This document shows, piece by piece, positions 50,338-58,593 of a DNA stretch of 64,000 bases (its first letter is position 1; every line of letters starts with the position of its first letter). This DNA is from Gemmatimonadota bacterium (GTDB taxonomy: Bacteria; Gemmatimonadota; Gemmatimonadetes; Palauibacterales; Palauibacteraceae): positions 2,016,001-2,080,000 of the forward strand of contig OY762926.1 of assembly GCA_963666735.1 (NCBI GenBank). The letters run 5' to 3'. Made by a program: the position numbers and the translations under genes. The notes under the pieces are model-generated. The model did no database searches. It worked only from the letters and a program-made list of their open reading frames with translations, and was not told the DNA's origin.

Positions 50338-50976
50338 TCAGCAGGGGCGCATGAACCCGCCGAGCGTTTCGCGGGCGCGGTCGGCCGCCGGCTCCTCCAC
50401 GAAGGGACCGGCCACGACGCGGTACACATCCTCGTATGGCTCGATCGAGGCTTCGAACCCCGCCCGCGCGACCTCCTCGCGTTTCGCCTCGGCGCTTCGA
50501 CGCTCCCGAAAGGCGGCGACCTGGACGACGACGCACCCCCCGAGCGCCGAGACCGCGTTCGGCGGTCCGACGACGGTAATCCGTACTTGCGCCGTGCCGG
50601 GCCCGATCATTCCGAGGGCCCTCGCCGCGGCCCGGGACACGTCCAGGATGCGGCCGCGCACGAAGGGGCCGCGATCGGTCACCGGGAGTTCGATGGAGCG
50701 CCCGTTGTCGAGGTTGTCCACGAGGATCCGGGTCCCGAACGGGATCGTCTGGTGGGCGGCCGATGTGCCGTCCATGTCGTAGGTGCCCCCTGCCGCCGTG
50801 TTCCGGCCGTGAAACGGTTCCCCGTACCACGAGGCGATGCCGGTCTGCGTCCAGCCGACGGCGTAAGGCGGAGGAGCGTCTGATGGCGTCGTCGCGAGCG
50901 GCACGGACCACACGCAGGCCTGCCCGGAGAACGCGGTGGCGAGCGCCACGGCGAACGCGGCCCCTCGCCGGCTCAG
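50338..50976 (-). CDS. rlpA: Septal ring lytic transglycosylase with SPOR domain (probable CTG start)
   Basis: G.ASWYG..FHGR.TA, AAH.T.PFGT, DRGPFV.GRI.DVS..AA; SPOR VQVAAF...YRV..GPF. Confidence 0.88.
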   Translation of the reverse strand: MSRRGAAFAVALATAFSGQACVWSVPLATTPSDAPPPYAVGWTQTGIASWYGEPFHGRNTAAGGTYDMDGTSAAHQTIPFGTRILVDNLDNGRSIELPVTDRGPFVRGRILDVSRAAARALGMIGPGTAQVRITVVGPPNAVSALGGCVVVQVAAFRERRSAEAKREEVARAGFEASIEPYEDVYRVVAGPFVEEPAADRARETLGGFMRPC

Positions 50977-52346
50977 AGCGCCCCCCGCTCCCAGGGCCCC
51001 CAGATCGCGAACGTCCGGCCGAGATGCCCCGGGCCCATGGAGATCGTGTCTCCCTGCAGGTTGACGAAGAGCGTCCGGCCATCGGGACTGAAGCAGGCGC
51101 CGGCGAACTCGCGCACGTTCAGGAGGTTCCGGGCGAAGGGAAAGATCTCCCCTGCGGGCGACAACCCGCGGAGGTGCGTCGTGCCGGAGTTGTCCTCGCA
51201 GATGAGGATCCCGCCCCGGGGGCTCACCGTGAGGTTGTCCGGACCGGAGAGCACGTCCTCCGACGACGACTCGAAGACGAGCGCGAGCGCCTCCTCCTCC
51301 GGCACGTACCGCCAAACCTGGCCCAGTTGGGCGTCGCCCCCGTTCGTCGCGTGGAAGTAGAGGCTCCGGTCCGCGTGCCAGCACCCCTCGAGCCGGGAGA
51401 ACCGGGCCCCGCCCGCCTCGAACCCCTCCGTCCACACCGTGGTCGCGCTGCGCTCGGCCTCGGGAGGGTCGGGGTTCTCGATCGGCACCCATTCGACTTC
51501 GCGCCACGCGCCCGGCTGCTGGCCGGTGCGGAGATCCACCTGCGGCTCCCCTCGCACGGCGAGCATCTCCAGAACGCCCCCATCCCGCAGAACGCCGGGA
51601 GTATGGGGCCGAAAGCGATAGAACCCCGAGCGACGATTGTAGTCTTCCGTCTCGTAGACGAACCCCGTCTCGGGGTCCACCGCGATGGCCTCATGCGTGA
51701 ACCGTCCCATGGCCCGTAACGGCTCGGCGCGGACCGCTTCTTCCGCGTCGGCGGGGACCTCGAACACGTACCCGTGCGGCGCCGTCCAGCCGCGCCCCGG
51801 GCCGAAGGTCGTCTCCTCGCACGTCAGCCAGCTGCGCCACGGAGTCGTCCCTCCCGCGCAATTGATCATCGTCCCTCCCGCGCTCACGAAGTCCCGCACG
51901 AGGACGGGACCCCCGTCCGCCTCGATCCGGACCTCCAGCGTCGTCGTGCCGCCGCCCGCGAGCGGATCGTAGGCCAGTTCGGGGGGCACGAGCGGAACCG
52001 CGACGCCGGGAGGGTCCTGGTCTTCGTGGTTTCGCACCAGGCGAACGACTGCGTCGCTCACCGGGAAGAGTCCCATTCCATCGTGGGCGCGGGGCGTGGG
52101 CCGACCGTCCGACATCGGGCGGCCCTCCACGCTGAGAACGACGTAGGAAAACCCCTCGGGGAGGGCGAGTTCCGGGCCCGCCGGGCTCAGGGGGCCGTAT
52201 CCGGCGGATCCGGGGGCTGTCCGGCGCGTGGACGCGGTTGTGGGTCCGGCGCACGCCGCCAGACCCGAGAGCGAGGGCGCGAGCGCCGCGGTTCCCGCCC
52301 AGCGTCCCGCGCGACGCACGAAATCCCGTCTGTCGATCTTGCTCAG
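50973..52346 (-). CDS. phoX: PhoX/DUF839 alkaline phosphatase, Tat-exported (probable CTG start)
   Basis: Tat motif IDRRDFVRR; HDGM, VRNHE, NCAGG.TPW..WLTCEE, GRFTHEA, PDNL, EFAGACF. Confidence 0.88.
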   Translation of the reverse strand: MSKIDRRDFVRRAGRWAGTAALAPSLSGLAACAGPTTASTRRTAPGSAGYGPLSPAGPELALPEGFSYVVLSVEGRPMSDGRPTPRAHDGMGLFPVSDAVVRLVRNHEDQDPPGVAVPLVPPELAYDPLAGGGTTTLEVRIEADGGPVLVRDFVSAGGTMINCAGGTTPWRSWLTCEETTFGPGRGWTAPHGYVFEVPADAEEAVRAEPLRAMGRFTHEAIAVDPETGFVYETEDYNRRSGFYRFRPHTPGVLRDGGVLEMLAVRGEPQVDLRTGQQPGAWREVEWVPIENPDPPEAERSATTVWTEGFEAGGARFSRLEGCWHADRSLYFHATNGGDAQLGQVWRYVPEEEALALVFESSSEDVLSGPDNLTVSPRGGILICEDNSGTTHLRGLSPAGEIFPFARNLLNVREFAGACFSPDGRTLFVNLQGDTISMGPGHLGRTFAIWGPWERGAL

Positions 52347-52593
52347 CGGCTCCTCCGTAACGCTTCGGGCGGCACCCGCGGCATGTTGCGGGGTACGGGA
52401 AAGACCGGGGTTGCCGGTTTCCCGGCCGAACCCCGGACTAAACGCGAACCGGACAGGGAGTATCCTAAAAGGTCGGTGGATCGCTCGCACCGCGACATCC
52501 ATCGGCATCGGTACGGCACCGTGGGCATGGTGGGCATCGTGCCCGCAGCGCGTGCCAAGGCCGAGGGAGCCATCGAAGAGGAGAGAGATCGAC

Positions 52594-53373
52594 ATGCGGC
52601 ACCCGTTCGCGCGCCTTCAGGGGCCTGTCCTGTTTCTGGTCGTCGCAAACTCCGCGGCGGCCCAGTCGTTCGCCGACTTCTGTCCCGGCGGGGACGAAGC
52701 GACGCAAGCGGCGGTCGTGGGCTATGTGACGGATCCTGAAGCGGAGACGATCGTCCCCGGTGCGACCGTGGCGGCGAGTTGGGTGCAGGATGACGCCCGC
52801 CGGCGGATCGAAGTACAGACGGACATTCAGGGTCTGTATGCGCTCTGCGGACTGCCCCGCGACACGGAAGTCGTGCTGCGGGCGCTTCTGGGAGACCGGC
52901 GCGGCGAAGCCGTCCCCTATACCACGTCCGCCACGCTGGCCCAGTCGGATCTCTTCATTTCGCTTACCGGGGAGCCCGAGACGAGAGAGGAGGTCGGATC
53001 GCTGGCCGGCGGCGGCGGCAGGGGCCAGGCGTTCAGTTCGGAGGTGATCCGCGCGGAGGATCTCCTTCATCTGCCCGAGATGAGCGTGTACGAGCTTCTT
53101 CGCCGACACCAACTCCTCAGATTCGACCGGGTGAGCACGCTGGGCGAGGTCATCCTCCTCACGTCCGCCACATCGAGCCTCCGCGCCGGCCGTCTGCAGT
53201 CCGTCCAGGTGAGGATCAACGAGCGGCGGGAGGTGGACGGCGTCGCGGCGATCCGCGACCTGTCGATCGATGAGATCGGCCGCATCGAGATCCTGACGCG
53301 TACCGAGGCGTCCGCGCGCTACGGCGGAGACGGTTTCGTCGGAGCGATCGTGATCACGACGCGAGACCGCTAG
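52594..53373 (+). CDS. Secreted protein: carboxypeptidase-regulatory-like domain plus TonB plug-like domain, no barrel (paralogue 1)
   Basis: Signal peptide; G.VTD......PGATV, G.Y..CGLP; plug-like end IGRIEIL...EASARYG.....GAIVITTR. Confidence 0.7.
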   Translation: MRHPFARLQGPVLFLVVANSAAAQSFADFCPGGDEATQAAVVGYVTDPEAETIVPGATVAASWVQDDARRRIEVQTDIQGLYALCGLPRDTEVVLRALLGDRRGEAVPYTTSATLAQSDLFISLTGEPETREEVGSLAGGGGRGQAFSSEVIRAEDLLHLPEMSVYELLRRHQLLRFDRVSTLGEVILLTSATSSLRAGRLQSVQVRINERREVDGVAAIRDLSIDEIGRIEILTRTEASARYGGDGFVGAIVITTRDR

Positions 53374-53393
53374 GTTCAAGGAGAGAAGTCGAC

Positions 53394-54188
53394 ATGCCGC
53401 ACTCGTTTGCGCGCCTCTCGGCGCCCACATTGATGCCCGCACTGATGCTCGTGGTCGCGAACTCCGCGGCCGCCCAGTCCTTCGCCGACTTCTGTCCCGG
53501 CGGGGATCCGGAGACGGAAGCCGCCGTCGTAGGCTACGTGACGGATCCGGAGGCGGAGACGATCGTGCCCGGCGCGACCGTTGCGGCCAGCTGGGTGCAG
53601 TTCGACGCCCGCCAACGGGTCGAAGCCGAGGTCGGCATGGACGGCCTCTACGCCATCTGCGGGTTGCCGCGCGACATGGAGATTGCGTTGCGGGCCGTCT
53701 TCGGCGGATGGCGAGGTGAAGCCGTCCCGTACACCACGGCCGTCACCCTGGCCCAGCAGGATCTCCTGCTCTCCCTGACCGTGGAACCCGAACGGAGGGA
53801 AGAGGTCGGGTCCCTCGCCGCAGGGGGCAGCCGGACCCGGATTCTGGGCTCTCAAGTCATCCGCGCCGAGGACCTCGTGGATCTTCCCGAGATGAGCGTG
53901 TACGAGCTGCTGCGCCAACACTCGCTCCTGAGATTCGACCGGATGAGCACGCTCGGCGAGGTCATCCTCCTCACGTCGGTGACATTGAGTGCGTGGAGAT
54001 CCTTCCGGGAGCAGGCGGTGGAAGTACGCATCGACGAGAGGCGCGAAGGCGATGGCGTCAACGCGATCCGCGAGCTGTCGATCGACGAGGTGAGCCGGAT
54101 CGAGATCCTGACGCGTACGGAAGCCTCCGCGCGCTACGGGGGCGACGGTTACGTCGGCGCCCTCGTGATCACGACGCGCGACCGTTAA
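53394..54188 (+). CDS. Secreted protein, same architecture (paralogue 2)
   Basis: Near co-linear copy of the preceding gene, including the SD region. Confidence 0.7.
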   Translation: MPHSFARLSAPTLMPALMLVVANSAAAQSFADFCPGGDPETEAAVVGYVTDPEAETIVPGATVAASWVQFDARQRVEAEVGMDGLYAICGLPRDMEIALRAVFGGWRGEAVPYTTAVTLAQQDLLLSLTVEPERREEVGSLAAGGSRTRILGSQVIRAEDLVDLPEMSVYELLRQHSLLRFDRMSTLGEVILLTSVTLSAWRSFREQAVEVRIDERREGDGVNAIRELSIDEVSRIEILTRTEASARYGGDGYVGALVITTRDR

Positions 54189-54203
54189 CCGCCCCGGCCC
54201 CGT

Positions 54204-57200
54204 TCAGGGGACGAGCCTCACGAGGTTCGCCCAGGTCGTGCGCTCGATTTCGTCCACCGCCGCGGCGCGCTCCTCGATGCCGGCCCCCAGCCGGGCCAGC
54301 AGATCGATCTGGCCCCGCGTGGGCGGGCCATCGCCCATCGAGGCGAATCCCATCAGCCGCGCCAGCTTGCTGTCGATGGCGGTGGGGTTCGCGATCAGAT
54401 CCTGCCCCGCGCGGGCTCGGTACTGCACGAGCCGCTCCTCGACCGGATAGAGTTCGCCGTTCAGTTCCGCGAGCGCGGCGCGCAGCGCATCTCCGCTTCC
54501 GCCGCGCTCCACGGCCCGCTCGGCCTGGGCGCGCAGGTCGCGGATCCTCGCGACGAGCTCCATGGTTTCCGTCAAGCGATCTCTCGCCTCCAACAGAAAC
54601 TCGAACTGCGCGCGGAGTTCCTCGTCCGTCACGTCGACGCGCGGGTCGCGGACGACCGCGAAGGGCTGCGAGAGGGTCCGCTCGCCCAGATCCAGCTCGA
54701 CGGTGTAGTCGCCGGGCGGCACGCGAGGGCCCTGCGCGCTTCCCTGGAAGACGGCGTCGTCGAGCACCTCCGCGGGCCGCACGCGCAGGTTCCATACGAA
54801 GGTGTGCGCCCCGGCTTCGGCCGAAACCGCCGCGCCCCCGCCGCCCAGGCCGAAGAAGTCCATCCCGGCCGGCGCCGCGGCCGTTTCGCTCGAGAACTCC
54901 CGGATCAGCGCCGCGCCCTCGCGGATGCGCAGCGTGACCCCGCCCGGCACGGTCTCGGGCAGGTAGTAGGGGATGACGACGCCGTCCGGCGGATTCGCGC
55001 CCGCCGGGTCGCCCGCGCCCGGCCGACCCATGGCCGAGAAGAGGGCGGCGGGCGAGGCGCCGGGGTTGAAGCGCGTCGTGGTCGCCGGACGGAAGAGCCT
55101 CGGCTCGCTCGCCGCTTCCCCGGCCGCGAACTGGTGGAGCAAATCCACGTTGTCCAGCACCCAGAACGAGCGCCCGTGCGTGGCCGCCGCGAGGTCGCCG
55201 TCGCGGAGCACGAGGTCGTGGATGGGGACGACCGGGAGGTTGAGGCTCAGCGGCTGCCAGGCGTCCCCGGCGTCGAACGAAACGTAGACCGTGCGTTCGG
55301 TGCCGGCGTACAGGAGCCCGGCCCGCCCCGGATCCTCCCGGATGACGCGCGTGAAGTCGTTGTCCGGGATCCCCTCCACGATCCGCGTCCACGTCTCCCC
55401 GTAGTCGGTGGTCCGGTACAGGTACGGGGCGTGGTCGGAGAGCTTGTAGCGCGTCGCGGCGACATATGCCGTTGCAGGATCGTGAAGCGACGGCTCGAGG
55501 ATGGAGATCAACGCAAACTCGGGCAGATCCGGGATCGTCACGTCCTCCCAGTTCGCGCCGCCGTCGCGCGATACGTGGATGTATCCGTCGTCCGACCCCG
55601 CCCACAGGAGCCCCGGCTCGAGCGGCGATTCGGCGAACGCGAAGATCGTGGCATACCACTCGGGACCGTACGCCTCCCGCGTGATCGGCCCCCAGTATTC
55701 TCCCGTTTCCTCATCCTCGTACGCGGGCGTGGGCTCCAGCGTCCGCGGGTCGGCGCGCGTGAGGTCGGGGCTGATGACCTCCCAGCCGTGGCCCTCGTCC
55801 GTCGTCCGATGGACGTGCTGTGAGGTGACGTAGAGGACGTCCGGATCGTGGGGCGAGGTCATCACGGGGTAGGTCCACCAGAACCGGTAGTTGATGTCGG
55901 CCGAACCCCAGCCGTAGTGCGTCTCGGGGTTCGGGGAGATGTCCCGCACCTGCCGGTTGCGGTGGTCGTACCGGTACACCCAGTGGTGATCTCCCGCATA
56001 GACGATGTTCGGGTCCTCGGTATTCACCGCGATGTAACCGTCTTCGCCCCCGCCGACGGTGTACCAGTCCTCGATGCTGATGCGGCCGAAATCCGAGCGG
56101 ACGGGGACGGAGATCGACGTGTTGTCCTGTTGAGAGGCGTAGAGCCGGTAGGGCGTCTGGTTGTCGGCGGTCACATGGTACATCTGCGCCGTCGCCTGAT
56201 TGAGCAGACTCGACCACGAGCGGCCGCCGTCGAAGCTCACCGCGCCGCCGCCGTCGCTCCCGTTGACCATCCGCAGGGGATTCGCGGGGTCGATCCACAG
56301 GTCGTGGTGATCCGGGTGCGGCGTGAACACGCGCTCGAAGGTTTCGCCGCCGTCCGTCGATTTCCAGAGGAAGACGTTGAGGACGAAGACCGTGTTCTCA
56401 TCGCCGGGGTCGGCGACGATGTGGTGGTAGTACCACGGACGCTGGAGGAGGTTGGCGTCCTCGTTCACGCGGACCCACGTCTCCCCCGCGTCATCGGAGC
56501 GGAAGATCCCCTTCTCCCCGCGCGCCGCGTCGATGATCGCCCACAGGCGATCGGAGTTCCGCGGCGAGACGGCGATCCCGATCCGTCCCTTGAGGCCGGA
56601 CGGGAGACCGGGGTGGTCGGTCAGTTCGGTCCAGGTGTCGCCGCCGTCCGTGCTCTTGAAGAGTCCGGTGCCGGGGCCCGCGCTGCGGAAACCCCAGGGG
56701 AAGCGCCTCAATTCCAGGAGCGACGCGTACAGGATGTCGGGATTCGCGGGGTCGAGGACGAGGTCGATCGCCCCCGAGTTCTCGTCCCGGTACAGGACCT
56801 TCTCCCACGTCGCGCCGCCATCGCGCGTCCGGTAGACGCCGCGTGCCTCGCTCGCGCCCCACGCGTCGCCGAGCGCGGCCACCCAGGCGATGTCGGGGTT
56901 CTCCGGATGTACGCGCACCCGGGCGACCTGGAGCGTCTCCGCGAGCCCGAGGTGCCGCCAGCTCGCGCCCCCGTCGTCGGAGCGGTAGACGCCGTCGCCG
57001 TGCGAGGCGTTGCCGCGGATGCAGGTCTCGCCCATGCCGACGTAGACGATGTCGGGGTGGGAGCGGCTGACCTCGACGGCCCCGACGGAGCCCGTGCCGA
57101 AGTAGCCGTCGGAGACGTTGCGCCAGTTCGCCCCGCCGTCCTCCGTCTTCCAGACACCGCCGCCCGCGCCGCCCTGGTAGAAGACGAGATCGTCCGTGGG

Positions 57201-57362
57201 GTGGCCGGCCACGCCGAGCACGCGGCCACCGCGCGTGGGTCCGATCGAGCGCCAGTCGAGGAGATCGAGCCAACCATCGTCGACGGGCTGCGCGTGTGCG
57301 CCCGCCGACGTCGAAGCACCGAACAGCGCCAGCGCGAGCAGGGTCCGTACGATTCGGGTCAT
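54204..57362 (-). CDS. Secreted VPS10/sortilin-like BNR-repeat beta-propeller (putative glycosyl hydrolase)
   Basis: Signal peptide; WRSIGP.RGGR; many S/T-x-D-G-G-x-x-W Asp boxes; C-terminal helical domain. Confidence 0.88.
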   Translation of the reverse strand: MTRIVRTLLALALFGASTSAGAHAQPVDDGWLDLLDWRSIGPTRGGRVLGVAGHPTDDLVFYQGGAGGGVWKTEDGGANWRNVSDGYFGTGSVGAVEVSRSHPDIVYVGMGETCIRGNASHGDGVYRSDDGGASWRHLGLAETLQVARVRVHPENPDIAWVAALGDAWGASEARGVYRTRDGGATWEKVLYRDENSGAIDLVLDPANPDILYASLLELRRFPWGFRSAGPGTGLFKSTDGGDTWTELTDHPGLPSGLKGRIGIAVSPRNSDRLWAIIDAARGEKGIFRSDDAGETWVRVNEDANLLQRPWYYHHIVADPGDENTVFVLNVFLWKSTDGGETFERVFTPHPDHHDLWIDPANPLRMVNGSDGGGAVSFDGGRSWSSLLNQATAQMYHVTADNQTPYRLYASQQDNTSISVPVRSDFGRISIEDWYTVGGGEDGYIAVNTEDPNIVYAGDHHWVYRYDHRNRQVRDISPNPETHYGWGSADINYRFWWTYPVMTSPHDPDVLYVTSQHVHRTTDEGHGWEVISPDLTRADPRTLEPTPAYEDEETGEYWGPITREAYGPEWYATIFAFAESPLEPGLLWAGSDDGYIHVSRDGGANWEDVTIPDLPEFALISILEPSLHDPATAYVAATRYKLSDHAPYLYRTTDYGETWTRIVEGIPDNDFTRVIREDPGRAGLLYAGTERTVYVSFDAGDAWQPLSLNLPVVPIHDLVLRDGDLAAATHGRSFWVLDNVDLLHQFAAGEAASEPRLFRPATTTRFNPGASPAALFSAMGRPGAGDPAGANPPDGVVIPYYLPETVPGGVTLRIREGAALIREFSSETAAAPAGMDFFGLGGGGAAVSAEAGAHTFVWNLRVRPAEVLDDAVFQGSAQGPRVPPGDYTVELDLGERTLSQPFAVVRDPRVDVTDEELRAQFEFLLEARDRLTETMELVARIRDLRAQAERAVERGGSGDALRAALAELNGELYPVEERLVQYRARAGQDLIANPTAIDSKLARLMGFASMGDGPPTRGQIDLLARLGAGIEERAAAVDEIERTTWANLVRLVP

Positions 57363-57475
57363 CGGTCGGGCCGTATCCTTCGGGAGTCGTCCATTGCAGC
57401 CGAACCCCGAATCTTGCGCTCCGCCCACGCGCCGTACAGCGTGGGAGGGTGGCGGGTGGTTGAAGACGCCTGCCG

Positions 57476-57508
57476 GCGACCGATGTGCGACCGATGTGCG
57501 ACCGATGT
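57476..57508. repeat. 11-bp perfect tandem repeat x3 in a divergent intergenic region
   Basis: gcgaccgatgt at 57476, 57487 and 57498. Confidence 0.88.
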
Positions 57509-57596
57509 GACCCGGAGCCGGTACGGATCGTCTGTCATGGAGAAGCTGCGCCACGGACGGGCGCAGGGGCCAACGGAAATCGGGAATCGGAGTTCG

Positions 57597-58310
57597 ATGC
57601 CTCAGAGAACGATGGTCAGGCCAAACGACGTGACGGTCTCTGTTTCCGGACGCGCCCCGAGCCGGCGCCCATCGGTGCGCGGGCGCGTCGCGGTCTCGCT
57701 CGGCGTGTCGGCGCTCGTGCACGTCGCCCTCCTCGCCTGGGTCTCCGTGACGATCCCGGAGAGTACCCACACCGCCGCAGGCTTCGACCGCTCCGGATCT
57801 ACCGCGGAGCGCCCGCCGGAACGGACCATTGAAGTCGTGCGGATCCAGCCCCCGGGCGCGTTGCCCTCGGGTGGAGCGGCGGGTTCGGCGGAAGGCGGCG
57901 GCGGACAGGGCGCGGCCCCGGCGGCGGCAGTGCCCGTGCGACTCCCCTCGGTCTCCGTGCCGCTGGCGGGGGGCTCGAACGCCGGGCTTCCGGCCTTCGC
58001 GGCGGCTCCCGCATCGCCGTTGGCGCTCCCGGCGTTGGCGCTGGCGCCGGAGCGGCCCGCCGCGTCGACGCCGAATCGGGGCATCCTCCGGCGGCGGCCC
58101 GAAGCCGGAGCGTTCCCGGGTCTGGGAGAACGCACCGGCAACGGCTCCGGGCGGGGATTCGGCGGAGGAGGCGTCACCATCACGGGCATCGGGACGGATT
58201 GCATCACCCCGGGACGTGCCGGCGTCGGAGGCCGCATCGGATTCGGACTCCCGCTCTCGGGGCCGAGGGGCGGCGCTGGCAGTGTTGGAGGCGGCTGGCC
58301 CCGACGCTAG
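57597..58310 (+). CDS. Hypothetical single-TM Pro/Ala/Gly-rich protein with TonB/TolA-like anchor; start uncertain
   Basis: TM VAVSLGVSALVHVALLAWV (SxxxH) then low-complexity linker; upstream of the TonB-dependent receptor. Confidence 0.5.
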   Translation: MPQRTMVRPNDVTVSVSGRAPSRRPSVRGRVAVSLGVSALVHVALLAWVSVTIPESTHTAAGFDRSGSTAERPPERTIEVVRIQPPGALPSGGAAGSAEGGGGQGAAPAAAVPVRLPSVSVPLAGGSNAGLPAFAAAPASPLALPALALAPERPAASTPNRGILRRRPEAGAFPGLGERTGNGSGRGFGGGGVTITGIGTDCITPGRAGVGGRIGFGLPLSGPRGGAGSVGGGWPRR

Positions 58311-58593
58311 TGTGGTGTCGCAGAAGTCCGCGAGCCACCGAGAGCGTCGAGGCGCCGAGTACTGCAAGGCGCTCCGACGAGGAATAGCAGAGCTATTGCG
58401 AGGAGGAGCAACGCCGCAGGGGCGGATGCATCGGCGCTCGAATGGCCGTGGAATCTCTGCGACACCACACCAGGCCCCACGTTGGCGCTCAGCGCGAGCG
58501 CGTGTGAACGTGCGGGATGACCAGGACGCCGATCTCACCCGTCTCACCCGCGAGGATCTCCTCCTGCTCGAGGACCATCCCGGATAGCGTCTC

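Noticed and set aside
58504..58587. 27-codon ORF (MNVRDDQDADLTRLTREDLLLLEDHPG) before the receptor
   Set aside because: No clear SD or motif; cannot be told from chance
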